Shown piece after piece: positions 54,380 to 64,000 of a stretch of DNA of 64,000 nucleotides; position 1 is the first letter of the stretch, and every line of letters begins with the position of its first letter. Source of the DNA: an uncultured virus (IMG/VR IMGVR_UViG_3300048589_001558) (taxonomy: Duplodnaviria; Heunggongvirae; Uroviricota; Caudoviricetes). The notes beneath the pieces are model-generated. The model saw only the letters and a program-made list of their open reading frames with translations, was not told where the DNA came from and did no database searches. The stretch is taken from IMG/VR virus record IMGVR_UViG_3300048589_001558; one strand, given 5' to 3'. A program made the translations under genes and the position numbers.

Positions 54380-55625
54380 CTTTCGGCCAGTCGTCGCTCG
54401 GGATGTCGCGACGCCATGGGAGATCGCGCATGATTACGCCGACTGGAAGCAGTGGTCGGCTTACGGTGCGGAGGGAATCCGCGATACCCGCGATCCCTGG
54501 AGCACGGCCGCGCGCCTGCTGCCCCCGCTCGCCTTCGACTACTCGGTCGATATCTGGAAGGATACCTGGCCTGAGCTGAAGAAGCGGGAAGCCATCGCCC
54601 TGTCCCCTCGCCTGCACAGGCTGAAGGGCACTGAGCAAGGCCTCCGCGAGGCGATCGCCCTCGCCGGCGGCGAGCTGCTGAAGGTCGTGACGCCCCCGGC
54701 GAAGACGTTCCTGTCGCCGAACACGACGCCGGAACAGCGCGCGGATTTCCTGTCCCGCTATCCGCAGCTTCGCATCTATCCAAAGCGGTCCATCGGCACG
54801 GCGCGTGGCTTGTTCCCGGGGTCAGCCCGATCGTTCCACAACCGGTACTTCCCGCTGAAGTCGGAGGCATTCTTTCGCGCCCTGCCCCGCGCGTTCATGT
54901 GGGACCACGGCGCTGAGACCGAGCTCACCGTCCTACAGCGGCGATACGAGACTGAAACGCTTACCGTCGAGGAGCGCGTCGAGTTGCGCATGCGCGCTCC
55001 GCGAAGGCTCAACCACTACGACGCGCTCGCCAACCGGCGCGTTTTCGCCCTTTCCGCGACAGCGGCTCGGCGCATCTTCACCGTTCACACGCGCACGACG
55101 CTGGAGGTTCCCGGCGAGACGACGCTCGCGCGGCGCGTCGTCTACCCTTCTCTCGACCCGATCAATGTCCTTGCCGACTCGGTCGCGGAGCTTGGAGTGC
55201 GGAAGATCCCGGCGCTCGGCCGCGCCTATCCCGGCGCTCGCTGGTTCGCTAGTTTCCCGCAGATTTCGCGAGCGAAGGAACGCATCTACCGGCGGACCTA
55301 CCTGTTCGATCCGTCACGGCCGTTGAAGACGAAGGGGGCGACTACTTTCCTCGGCATCGCGCGTCTGGGCATGCCTCATCACAACGCAGAACTGACGGTG
55401 CGGGTGCGAGGGCGGCAGCATCCGTTCCGCGCACAGAGGTTCGTGTCCGGGTTCGTGTTGCACCGCCCGAAGGAAGAGCTGGCGTTCGTCAAGCGAGCGA
55501 TCGTGACGCACAAGAGGCTTTCCGACCGCATCCTCATCAGCACCAAGACAACCGTACCGGTGACCGCCGGCGTCGGCACGACGGCCGGCGTCTATCTCGC
55601 CGGCGAACTCACCCAGGAGACGTAG
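54369..55625 (+). CDS. Tail protein I (P2 gpI-like N-terminus, extended)
   Basis: LLPPLAFDYSVDIW...W...KREAI...HRLKGT. Confidence 0.8.
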   Translation: MAGDFRPVVARDVATPWEIAHDYADWKQWSAYGAEGIRDTRDPWSTAARLLPPLAFDYSVDIWKDTWPELKKREAIALSPRLHRLKGTEQGLREAIALAGGELLKVVTPPAKTFLSPNTTPEQRADFLSRYPQLRIYPKRSIGTARGLFPGSARSFHNRYFPLKSEAFFRALPRAFMWDHGAETELTVLQRRYETETLTVEERVELRMRAPRRLNHYDALANRRVFALSATAARRIFTVHTRTTLEVPGETTLARRVVYPSLDPINVLADSVAELGVRKIPALGRAYPGARWFASFPQISRAKERIYRRTYLFDPSRPLKTKGATTFLGIARLGMPHHNAELTVRVRGRQHPFRAQRFVSGFVLHRPKEELAFVKRAIVTHKRLSDRILISTKTTVPVTAGVGTTAGVYLAGELTQET

Positions 55626-55630
55626 GGCTT

Positions 55631-57934
55631 ATGGAAAAGCTTGTTCAGTTCCGCGATCGTCAGGAGCTTGATCCTGCCGACCTCAACGGGATTCAGACCA
55701 TCGTCCGCGCCTCGATAGATCGGCTCGTGAAGGGCGCGGTCACCGATCAGGACAAGTTCCTCGACCTCGACCTCACGCTGACCAGCGCCACGACTTTCAC
55801 AGTGGCGGCCGGTGCATATGTCAAGGATGGTCGTGTCTACGCTGTCGGCGTGCCGACGGCGTTCAACGTCTACGAAAACCTGCCCGTTTCGCATCGGCGC
55901 TACATCGCTATCGTCACCAGCGGCCAGGACGATGTGCCGGACCAGACCGAAGAGCGCGACTATCTCATCGACCCGGATTCGAACACCGTCGAGCCGCTCG
56001 CGGTGTCCATGCGCTCCGTTCGCCAGGGTTCCGTTTCGCTCGTTATCGGGCAGGAGAATGTCGACCCGCAGATGCCGACGATCCCGTCCAGCGCGCTGCT
56101 CGTGGCTCGCGTGCTGATGACCACGTCTGGCATCGTCTCCTACACGATGGAGGAAGCCAATCGCCTTCCGTCGCTTCGGAAGCACGGCGAGCGCATAGTC
56201 AGTCTGGAGAACTTCCGCACACGCGTCGAGCCGCAGATCGGCGCATTGACGACGCAGCTCGCCACACTGGAAGGCAGGACCGACAAGAAGCTCGACGCCG
56301 AGGACATCTACCCGGTCTATCAGGATCTCGCCCGCCTGAAGGAGCGCGCAAACCTGCCGGATGACTACTACAACTACGGCAGCGATCTCTTCAACAACAG
56401 CGACGAGACCGACCCCGGCTCCGCGGCTGGCCACATGATCGACCTGAATGGTCTGCATTTCCAGACCACGATCCAGAACCGCAATCTGACGCTGCTCAAC
56501 CCGACCGACCCCCTCGTCAGGCGCTACGACGGCGACTGGATCACGCCCGCCATGAGCCACGTGCTCATGCTGGAGGTGCCCGGCCAGCAGGGCGACCTCG
56601 TTATGTCGAGCTACCAGATGAAGGCGCAGGTCACCCGCTCGAAGCTCGTCTGGCATCATCAGCATCACAACGGATTCTGCGCCAGCTTCGCTCTCCGGCA
56701 CTGGAAGAAGGCACGTGATTACTGGCTATCGTCGTGGGCGCAGGCTCTTTGGGCGACAGCCTACGCGCACACGACCTGGTGGAACCTGTATCTGCGGGCG
56801 CATCACAATCACCGCCACAACCACGCGCTGATCAGTGGTTATCCGGCGCTCTACTTCCATCATCATCACCACTGGGTGCCGGAGACGGTCTACTACCAGT
56901 CGAACACGACGGTGAACCACACCGGGGCCATGATCGCTCAGACCTTCATGGCGCCGCGCGACTTCAACCTCTCCCAGGTCGGCTTCTTCCTGACATCGCT
57001 CGACACCAGCGGCGACGTGACCGTCATCATCACCGAGACGAAGAACGGCAAGCCCGATATCGACAATGTGCTCGCGAAGGTGACGGTCACTTATGCCGAC
57101 CTGAAGAGCAACGCACAGGAGACCCTGTCGGCGCTCAGCAACTGCTCCTTGAAGGGTGGCAACCTGTACGCTGCGATTCTTCTTACCCAGGGCGGCCATC
57201 GCGTCGCCACTGCGGCGCCCGGTTACACCGAGGGCATGTGCTACTACGGGAACGACGACACCTGGGTCGTCACCGACGCATCCCGCGACCTCAAGCTCCG
57301 GTTCTACGCGCAGAAGCACACGAGGACACGCACCGAGGTCACTCTTGGGACCGTCGTGCTCGCCGGCGGCGTAACCGACATGACGATCGCGACCGAGATC
57401 CTCCAGCCGGAGGGTACGGAGGCGATATTCGAAGTTCGCAAGAATAACTCCGGCAACTGGATTGCGCTCAATACGCCGGGGCTGTTCAGCGACCAGCCTG
57501 ATACGTTGGAGCTTCGCGTCGTCTTCCTTGGGACGTCGGATCTCCAGCCGTCCATCAAGCTCGGCAACGATCGAGTTCGCCTGATGCGGCTCGGCACAAC
57601 GTTGTCCCACTTGTCGGTCGTGCGCACGCTTGCATCGTCGAAGCGCTACTTCCGCATCGACCTATGGGTGAGCAACCATGATCCGGACGACGCCGATCAG
57701 ACGCTCACCGTGAAGTTGAAGCATGGTGGTGGGTATTCGAGCGAGACAACCGCGTCCGCGGTGGTGGATCGCGACGACGAGCAGCAGACGAAGATCGTCT
57801 CGTTCATCTTCGATACGACCACGCCGGTCACGACATACAAGATCGAAATCACAGGCTCGCGCGCAAACGGCGCACCGCCCTACGTCGTGCTGGAGCGCAC
57901 CGACATAGCGGCGAACTCCGCCATCGCGGCCTAA
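55631..57934 (+). CDS. Large baseplate/tail structural protein with His/Trp-rich segment
   Basis: Position after gpI; IAQTF...FFLT...GKPD beta domain. Confidence 0.7.
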   Translation: MEKLVQFRDRQELDPADLNGIQTIVRASIDRLVKGAVTDQDKFLDLDLTLTSATTFTVAAGAYVKDGRVYAVGVPTAFNVYENLPVSHRRYIAIVTSGQDDVPDQTEERDYLIDPDSNTVEPLAVSMRSVRQGSVSLVIGQENVDPQMPTIPSSALLVARVLMTTSGIVSYTMEEANRLPSLRKHGERIVSLENFRTRVEPQIGALTTQLATLEGRTDKKLDAEDIYPVYQDLARLKERANLPDDYYNYGSDLFNNSDETDPGSAAGHMIDLNGLHFQTTIQNRNLTLLNPTDPLVRRYDGDWITPAMSHVLMLEVPGQQGDLVMSSYQMKAQVTRSKLVWHHQHHNGFCASFALRHWKKARDYWLSSWAQALWATAYAHTTWWNLYLRAHHNHRHNHALISGYPALYFHHHHHWVPETVYYQSNTTVNHTGAMIAQTFMAPRDFNLSQVGFFLTSLDTSGDVTVIITETKNGKPDIDNVLAKVTVTYADLKSNAQETLSALSNCSLKGGNLYAAILLTQGGHRVATAAPGYTEGMCYYGNDDTWVVTDASRDLKLRFYAQKHTRTRTEVTLGTVVLAGGVTDMTIATEILQPEGTEAIFEVRKNNSGNWIALNTPGLFSDQPDTLELRVVFLGTSDLQPSIKLGNDRVRLMRLGTTLSHLSVVRTLASSKRYFRIDLWVSNHDPDDADQTLTVKLKHGGGYSSETTASAVVDRDDEQQTKIVSFIFDTTTPVTTYKIEITGSRANGAPPYVVLERTDIAANSAIAA

Positions 57935-57987
57935 CGCTTTACCGGTGCGGCGCGCTTGCGCCGCGCTCTCATCCCACGGAGTCCGCC

Positions 57988-58149
57988 ATGGTGAAGAAGC
58001 CTCAAGAGGACCCGACCGAATTGGTCAGGGTCGAACTGATCGAACCTCACGACCTTCCTGCCGGCGGGCGCCTTCCGGTGGGCAAGCTGATCAAGGTGTC
58101 CGCCGCGCTCCGCGACGAACTGCGCTCGCTCGGCAAGCTCGCGGAATAA
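57988..58149 (+). CDS. Small protein (53 aa, MVKKPQEDP...), absent from ORF track
   Basis: GGAG SD; fills the gap. Confidence 0.55.
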   Translation: MVKKPQEDPTELVRVELIEPHDLPAGGRLPVGKLIKVSAALRDELRSLGKLAE

Positions 58150-58155
58150 GCTCTC

Positions 58156-60132
58156 ATGGCCCGGGAGTTCGGCTCCAAGTTCTGGCCGCGCATGCGCGAC
58201 GGCATCACGAAGCTTGGCGAGCAGTATTTCAATCCGATCTGGGATTTGATCGACCGCCGATTGGATGTCCTCGAAACGCTGAAAATCTCCTGGGAACAGG
58301 CAGTCGCTGACCTCACCCAATTCGGTCTGCGCAGGATAGACGAGTCGCTTGCCCCGGCCATCGAGCGCATCGGGGAACTCGCGGAGCTTGGCTTTCTCAT
58401 TGCCAACACTGAGGGCAACGACGCTCCCTTGGTGCAGGGCCAGGAGCATCTTCTCTTCGTTGTAGAAGAACAGCGGGAACTCTTCACGCCAACTCCATGG
58501 GTCGTGTTCATCCGAGAGGCGGAACGCGACGACTTTGCCGTCGTGCGCATGGTCGCCTATGACCCGCAAACTGGAGCGTTCACCGGCGAAATCGTGGTAC
58601 AGCATGGCGATGCCGGCCCATTCGGTGACTGGATCATCGCGGCCAGCGCCGGCGTTTGGGAAAGCGTCTTCGGCCTTGCGGCGCAAGTCGCAGCCGACAA
58701 GCAGGCGGTTGCGGATGACCGCGTAAGTGTCTCAGCAAATACGCCGATTGCCGTCGCGGCGAAGAATGATGCAGTCGCCGCCATGATTGCGGCCGAGGCA
58801 GCGGCAGCGGCCGCTGCGACGTGGGACCCGGTGAACTACTGGTCGAAGGCTCTTAGCTACTCGGCCGCGCAGATCGACGCGCTGCGCAACCTCGACCGCG
58901 ACCCGCTCGACCGGCTGGCGATCCAGCCCGTCAGCTATCTGGATTTTTCGGGCGACTATGCCGTCGCGTCCGGATGGTTCACGCGCTCGGGAACGGCGCT
59001 CTCGCGCAAGGTCAACGGCCTGTTGACTTCCGTCGCGGCCAATACGCTGCGCATCGACCATGCACAGGGCAAGGTGAAGGGCGCGCTGCTGGAGCCGGCG
59101 GCGACCAATCTGGCATTGCACAGCCAGGACCTGTCGAACGCGGCATGGGCGAAGGTCCGGTGCTCGGTTTCGGCCAACACCGGCCTCGCATCGGACGGCA
59201 CCACGACGCTCGACAAGATCGTGGAGGACGGCACGGCCACGAACACGCATGTCGCCGAGCAGAGCGTCAATTTCGGCTCGGCCGGCTACAAGACCATCAG
59301 CGTCGAGGCGCGGGCGGGCGAGCGGACATGGTGCTACCTCTCCGCCTTCGACAGCACGTCGGCCGGCGTCTGCGGCGTCTATTTCGATCTCGCCAACGCC
59401 GTGGCGGGGACCGTCGTCTCCGGCAGCGGCGTGATCGAAAGGCTCGACAACGGCAACTGCCTGATCAGCGTGACGGGCAACTTCGCGGCCGGCACCGGCG
59501 GCGTCGACATCTTCCTGGCATCAGGCGACGGCGCTGCCGTCTACAGCGGCAACGGTTCCTCGGGCGCCTATTTCGGGGAGGTCCAGTCCGAGGACGGCCG
59601 GGCGGCGACGTCCCGCATCCGCACGGCCGGGGCGACGGCTACCCGCAACGCCGACGTCCTGACGATCTCCGGCACGGATTTCTCCGAGGACTGGAACGCG
59701 CTGGAATGCAGCGTCGTCATCGACTTCGAGGTCCGCACCAATCTCGGCGCGTCCGTCGCCTACATCTGGTCGATCACGGACGGCACCGGCGGCAATCTGC
59801 TCGGCCTGCGCGTCAACGGCGCGACCGGCAACCTTGAGCTGATCGTGCTTCAGGCCGGCAGCGCCAACGCCTACCTGCCGGTCTCGGCCGTCGCGCCGGG
59901 CCAGCGCCATCGCGTCGCAGCGTCGTTCACCAAGGACGCCTTCCACGTTTCGCTGAATGGCGGCGCGGTGCAGTCCGACACGGCCGGCGCCATGCCGGCC
60001 GGGCTCAGTCAGGAGTGCATCGGCCATCTCAACGGCGGCACGCATCTCTATGGCGGCGGCCATATCCGTCGCCGCGCCCGATACGGCAAGGCCATCGCCG
60101 CCGCCGATCTTCCGAAGGTATCCGCGCTATGA
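58156..60132 (+). CDS. Tail fibre / receptor-binding protein
   Basis: Helical N-terminus, then FTRSGTA, LLEPAATNL, ATRNADVL and LamG-like C-terminus. Confidence 0.75.
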   Translation: MAREFGSKFWPRMRDGITKLGEQYFNPIWDLIDRRLDVLETLKISWEQAVADLTQFGLRRIDESLAPAIERIGELAELGFLIANTEGNDAPLVQGQEHLLFVVEEQRELFTPTPWVVFIREAERDDFAVVRMVAYDPQTGAFTGEIVVQHGDAGPFGDWIIAASAGVWESVFGLAAQVAADKQAVADDRVSVSANTPIAVAAKNDAVAAMIAAEAAAAAAATWDPVNYWSKALSYSAAQIDALRNLDRDPLDRLAIQPVSYLDFSGDYAVASGWFTRSGTALSRKVNGLLTSVAANTLRIDHAQGKVKGALLEPAATNLALHSQDLSNAAWAKVRCSVSANTGLASDGTTTLDKIVEDGTATNTHVAEQSVNFGSAGYKTISVEARAGERTWCYLSAFDSTSAGVCGVYFDLANAVAGTVVSGSGVIERLDNGNCLISVTGNFAAGTGGVDIFLASGDGAAVYSGNGSSGAYFGEVQSEDGRAATSRIRTAGATATRNADVLTISGTDFSEDWNALECSVVIDFEVRTNLGASVAYIWSITDGTGGNLLGLRVNGATGNLELIVLQAGSANAYLPVSAVAPGQRHRVAASFTKDAFHVSLNGGAVQSDTAGAMPAGLSQECIGHLNGGTHLYGGGHIRRRARYGKAIAAADLPKVSAL

Positions 60133-61034
60133 ACCTGATCGCGACTGCAAAGCGGGCCGGGCTGCTTTCTCCCGGCCTCTGGCAGAGGCTTTTCGACACG
60201 TACCGCAAGAGCGAGACGTATACGAAGGCGGAGGCAGACGCGCTGGTTGCGTCGCTGCCCATCCTGCAGATCGATGACTTCACCAACTCCGGAACGTGGA
60301 CGAAGCATCCGAAGGCACGCTTCATCAAGGTAATCGTGGACGGAGCCGGCGGCAGCGGCGGTGGCGGGGCTGCTGGCAACAGCAGCTCAAACCGGGGTGG
60401 TGGCGGCAGCGGCGGTGGCGGCGAAGAAGCGACCGAAATATTCCTGGCTTCGGAGTTTGGCGCTACGGAAAGCGTGCTCGTCGGAGCCGGTGGCGTCGGC
60501 GGCGCAGGTGCGCCGAGCGCAGGCAGCGGTTCCAACGGCAACGCAGGCGGCGACAGCAGCTTCGCAGGTAAAGTCCATGCGCGCGGAGGTGGCGCCGGCG
60601 GGCTCGGCAGCTCGGGCGGCGGCAGCGCGGGCGGCGGTCAGGCGCGTGATCCGGCGTCTGCGCCAGGAGCAGGATCGAGCGGTAGCACCGGCGCCAACGG
60701 TGGGTCAGCCGGATACTCGTATCGCGGCGGTCCGGGCGGCGGTGGCGGGTCCGGCATATCCACCGCCAACGTCTTCGGCAACGGCGGTAATGGCGGCAAG
60801 CGAGGGGCTAACACGGGCGGAACCGGAGGGGCCGGTGGTGCGGCTGGCGGAGGCGACGGAGCCAACGGTGGTCCCTATGAGGGCGGCGGCGGCGGCGGTG
60901 GCAGCTCGGGGGCAGGCGGTAAGGGCGGCAATGGCGGCCGTGCCTCCGGTGGCGGCGGTGGTGGCGCGGGCCGCTCATCCGGCGGCGACGGCGGGAACGG
61001 CGGAGACGGCTTCGTGAGGGTCATTCAATGGTAG
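60129..61034 (+). CDS. Glycine-rich tail-associated protein
   Basis: FTNSGTWTK...GAGGSGGGG...GGDGFVRVIQW. Confidence 0.75.
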   Translation: MNLIATAKRAGLLSPGLWQRLFDTYRKSETYTKAEADALVASLPILQIDDFTNSGTWTKHPKARFIKVIVDGAGGSGGGGAAGNSSSNRGGGGSGGGGEEATEIFLASEFGATESVLVGAGGVGGAGAPSAGSGSNGNAGGDSSFAGKVHARGGGAGGLGSSGGGSAGGGQARDPASAPGAGSSGSTGANGGSAGYSYRGGPGGGGGSGISTANVFGNGGNGGKRGANTGGTGGAGGAAGGGDGANGGPYEGGGGGGGSSGAGGKGGNGGRASGGGGGGAGRSSGGDGGNGGDGFVRVIQW

Positions 61035-61606
61035 GGCGCAAGGCAGTCATCAATGCCGGCGTGGTCGAGAACGTCATTCTCGCCGACGACGATTTCGAGA
61101 TCGACGGCCGCCAGCTCGTCGCCCTGCCGGAAGGCTCGACCGTCGCGCCCGGCTGGGCCTATGACGGCGAGGAATTCGCGCCGGGCGTGCCGGTCTACGA
61201 CATGGTCGCGCTCAAGGCGGCGGCCGTGAAGACGGCGATGGACTTCGGCAACGCTATCACCGGACAGGTTACGGGCGCATATGCGCAGGCCGAAATCCTG
61301 TCGTGGGACAAGCAGGAAGCCGAAGCACGCATTGTGGTGGATGGCGGCACCCTTCCTGCTTCCGCGATCCTGCCGGGCCTCGCAGAAGACAAGGATGAGG
61401 ATTTGCTCGCCTACGCGGAGAGCGTCGTTGCGAAAGCCGACGCGTTCCGTGCCATCGCGCGTGCAGCGGTCTATCTGCGACGGCGCATCAGCGAGGTCAT
61501 TCTCGACCCGGCCGTCACCACGCCAGCCGAACTGGAAGCAGCCGTCGCGGGGCTTCGCGCGGAATGTGAAGCCATCGCCGAGCAGCTCATTCCGGCCGCG
61601 ATCTAA
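61028..61606 (+). CDS. Tail fibre assembly-like protein
   Basis: GVVENVI, GWAYDGEEF, EILSWDKQEAEAR. Confidence 0.65.
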   Translation: MVGRKAVINAGVVENVILADDDFEIDGRQLVALPEGSTVAPGWAYDGEEFAPGVPVYDMVALKAAAVKTAMDFGNAITGQVTGAYAQAEILSWDKQEAEARIVVDGGTLPASAILPGLAEDKDEDLLAYAESVVAKADAFRAIARAAVYLRRRISEVILDPAVTTPAELEAAVAGLRAECEAIAEQLIPAAI

Positions 61607-61615
61607 GGGACGACA

Positions 61616-61816
61616 ATGGCCATAACCACCCTATTGCAGGCGCTCCTCGTCACTGATGTTGAGGACGTCTTGGTTACAGAGATCGTGGAAGACACCGGGC
61701 TTTACGTCCGAGAGATCCGCGTCCTTGGCGAAGACGACAAGCCGTTGCTGACCGTGCGGTTGAGCAGCGAGACAGCGGAGAAGATCCGCTTCACCACTCC
61801 GGAGCTGAGCTTCTAG
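61616..61816 (+). CDS. Small hypothetical protein
   Basis: AAGGGA SD; followed by terminator. Confidence 0.65.
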   Translation: MAITTLLQALLVTDVEDVLVTEIVEDTGLYVREIRVLGEDDKPLLTVRLSSETAEKIRFTTPELSF

Positions 61817-61842
61817 CGCCAGCCCGCATTCCCTCCACCCGG

Positions 61843-61866
61843 ACCCGCCCTCGAGGCGGGTTTTTT
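61843..61866 (+). terminator. Intrinsic terminator
   Basis: ACCCGCC-CTCGA-GGCGGGT-TTTTT. Confidence 0.85.
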
Positions 61867-61892
61867 GTTGCCCGCAAGAGGACCAGCCTCCC

Positions 61893-63680
61893 ATGACCGA
61901 CATCTACCTTCACGGTATCGAGACCATCGAGAAGAACAGCGGGCCGCGCCCTGTCCAGACCATCGACACCGGAATCATCGGCGGCGTTTTCACTGCGCCG
62001 AACGCCGATCCGGCTATCTGGCCGCTGAATACCGTCGTGCCGGTCCTCGGCTATCAAGGCCTTCCCGGAGGGCTCGGTTCGACCGGCACCGGCGCCGATA
62101 TGTTCGACGGCATCTTCGATCAGGCGACCCGGGCCTCGCAGACGATTCTCGCGGTCCGGGTGGCGGAAGGCGCGAACCTTGCCGAGACCATGGGCAACAT
62201 CATCGGCAGCTCCTTGCTGAAGACGGGCATGCACGCGTTGCGCAAGGCCAAGAGCCAGCACAATCTGACCCCGAAGCTGCTTATTGCGCCCGGTTACACC
62301 AGCACCCGGCCGACGGATGGCGTGGCGTCCATCGCCATCAGCAACGCCGGCTCGGAATACTCCGTGGCGCCTACCCTTGAAATCGTGGGCGGCGGCGGCG
62401 CTGGCGCGACCGCTATCTGCACGATCAATGAAGACGGCGAGGTGGACGAGATTGTCGTCACCAACCCGGGCGCAGGTTATTCGGAGGCTGCCTACAAGGC
62501 TTCCGGCAAGATCACCTTCGCCAGCAACCCCGTGGCGGAGACCACGGTGACGATCGCGGGCACCGCCGTCACGTTCAAGACCAGCGGGGCCACCGGGCCT
62601 CAGGTGAACATCGGCGTGGATCTCGCCGCCACACTCACGGCGCTGGCCTCCATGCTCAACGGTTCGGTCGATGCAGGCCTTTCCTCCGTCGACTACACAG
62701 CGACCGCAACCGAGTTGCAGTTGCAGGCCGCGAGCGCGGGAGCCGCCGGCAACGCGATCACGGTGGCAACCACGGTCGCCGGCGCAACAGTTTCAGGCGC
62801 CACGCTGTCGGGCGGCTACGACGCTCCTTCTGTCGTATTCACCGGGGACGGTTCGGGCGCGGCCGCGACGGTCTCCCTTGGCGTCGTTGCGAATCCCGTC
62901 GTCGCCGAACTGCTCTCGCTGGCGAAGCGCTTCCGTGCTGGCGTTGTCGTGGATGGCCCGAACACGACGCCTTCGGCAGCGGTGCAGTTCCGCCTCGACT
63001 TCGACGATCCGAACCTGCTGATCGTCGATCCGTTCGCGAAGGTCTGGAAGAACAACGCACCCACGAGCATCCCGGCGTCCGCCCGTATCGCCGGTCTTCA
63101 GGCGCGCGTCGATTACGAGGAGGGGTTCTGGTTCTCCTGCTCGAACCATGTTGTCGAGGGGATTATCGGCACCTCCCGCGATGTAGAGCACTCGCTGAAC
63201 GACCCTTCCGTGGAGTCGCAGTACCTCAACAAGAATGGCGTCGCGGCCATTGTCCGCTCGCCGTCCGGCGGCTTCAAGTTCTGGGGCCTTCGCGGCGCCT
63301 CGGCTGATCCCTTGCAGGTATTCTGGTCGGTGCGCCGCTCGCACAACACGATCATCGACTCCGTCGAGATTGCGCACGAACCGTTTGTCGGCAAGCCGTT
63401 CAGCCTCCAAGCACTTCTCGACATCGCCGAGACGGTGAACAGCGCCCTGCGGCGGTGGCGGCGTCTAGGAGCCACGCTCGGCGGCCGTGTGTGGCTCGAT
63501 CCACAGCTCAATACGAAGGAGACCTGGGCTGCCGGCCACCTGTACGTGAGCTACGACGCCGAGGCCCCGGCCCCGATCGAGCACATCACCTTCGTCTTCA
63601 GCCGGAACACTGGCTACTACGAAGTCCTCGCAGACCAGGCGGTTCGCGAGATCGCGCGCCTCGCTGGCCGCAACGTCTAA
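61893..63680 (+). CDS. Contractile tail sheath protein (P2 FI-like) with internal insertion
   Basis: YLHGIET, TGMHAL, PKLLIAPG, PASARIAG, SNH, YLN, FWGLR. Confidence 0.93.
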   Translation: MTDIYLHGIETIEKNSGPRPVQTIDTGIIGGVFTAPNADPAIWPLNTVVPVLGYQGLPGGLGSTGTGADMFDGIFDQATRASQTILAVRVAEGANLAETMGNIIGSSLLKTGMHALRKAKSQHNLTPKLLIAPGYTSTRPTDGVASIAISNAGSEYSVAPTLEIVGGGGAGATAICTINEDGEVDEIVVTNPGAGYSEAAYKASGKITFASNPVAETTVTIAGTAVTFKTSGATGPQVNIGVDLAATLTALASMLNGSVDAGLSSVDYTATATELQLQAASAGAAGNAITVATTVAGATVSGATLSGGYDAPSVVFTGDGSGAAATVSLGVVANPVVAELLSLAKRFRAGVVVDGPNTTPSAAVQFRLDFDDPNLLIVDPFAKVWKNNAPTSIPASARIAGLQARVDYEEGFWFSCSNHVVEGIIGTSRDVEHSLNDPSVESQYLNKNGVAAIVRSPSGGFKFWGLRGASADPLQVFWSVRRSHNTIIDSVEIAHEPFVGKPFSLQALLDIAETVNSALRRWRRLGATLGGRVWLDPQLNTKETWAAGHLYVSYDAEAPAPIEHITFVFSRNTGYYEVLADQAVREIARLAGRNV

Positions 63681-63716
63681 CCCCTCGCCATCATCGACTT
63701 CTAGGAGCAGAGCGCC

Positions 63717-64000
63717 ATGCGCCATATTCTGCAGGGCTTCACCATGTCCATTGGTGGTAGCGACTTTGGCTACGACACCGACACCATCGAGCTTCCGAAC
63801 CCAACGCCGCTCACTCAGGAATACCGGGGCGGCGGCATGGACCTCGGTGTTAACCAGCCGATGGCCGCGCTGGAAGCGCTTGAGGCCACGGTAAAGATGC
63901 TGGGTCACAGCCCGGATATCATGAAACTCATGGCAAAGGGGCCTGGCCGCACCAGCAGGGTCACTTTCCGCGGCGCCGTGCTCGACGAACCTTCGGGCGG
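63717..64000 (+). CDS. Major tail tube protein (P2 FII-like), truncated by window edge
   Basis: AGGAG SD; IELP...EYRGGGMD...LEALEA...TFRGA. Confidence 0.85.
   Translation, partial: MRHILQGFTMSIGGSDFGYDTDTIELPNPTPLTQEYRGGGMDLGVNQPMAALEALEATVKMLGHSPDIMKLMAKGPGRTSRVTFRGAVLDEPSG

Larger units (their letters stand above)
1..64000. mobile_element. Temperate (pro)phage, lambda-like head with contractile tail, alphaproteobacterial host; continues beyond right edge
   Basis: Integrase, cI/cro, recombination, replication, terminase, portal, capsid, baseplate, sheath and tube genes in modular order; no host housekeeping block. Confidence 0.97.

Noticed and set aside
60340..61010. GGC-rich tandem repeat or collagen-like region
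   Set aside because: Explained by a glycine-rich coding sequence without Gly-X-Y periodicity
55631..61606. Diversity-generating retroelement or invertible tail-fibre cassette
   Set aside because: No reverse transcriptase, TR/VR pair or invertase seen in the window

Overview
The whole window is part of one temperate phage of a GC-rich alphaproteobacterium, probably Hyphomicrobiales/Rhizobiales. Host is inferred from GcrA/GapR/CtrA homologs and alphaproteobacterial LexA boxes. It has a lambda-type head (GpA terminase, lambda portal, protease-capsid fusion) and a P2-type contractile tail. Layout: (1) 1-14.8 kb, leftward: tyrosine integrase and Xis-like gene, then SSB, HerA-like ATPase, LAGLIDADG endonuclease, RecD/Dda-like helicase, two DEDDh exonucleases, RecT, HNH and YqaJ. 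(2) 14.8-17 kb immunity region: cI/cro with 16-bp operators and a LexA-boxed small gene. (3) 17-26 kb, rightward: GcrA, GapR, HNH, RuvC-like, a CtrA homolog with a degenerate receiver domain, adenine MTase, primase-helicase, DUF6456-like activator. (4) 26-41.4 kb, an unusual second leftward operon where lambdoid phages normally carry lysis genes: beta-clamp, orphan ParB, HerA fused to 5 HTH repeats, a vWA/MoxR/DUF3150-like triad and many tiny ORFs. It is punctuated by about 10 copies of CCCGC(C)AAYCATG, often just after a GC hairpin and before the Shine-Dalgarno, and is led by a ~470-nt hairpin-dense non-coding leader. (5) A lambda-like cosQ/cosN at ~42.58-42.62 kb with 11-bp-phased repeats. 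(6) 43.3-64 kb head, baseplate, fibre, sheath and tube genes (tube truncated). Best candidates for something new: the genome-end operon with its repeated start-associated element and structured leader, and the CtrA/GcrA/GapR set. All family assignments are by eye from motifs; no searches were run. No tRNA, rRNA, CRISPR, att site or lysis genes were seen.
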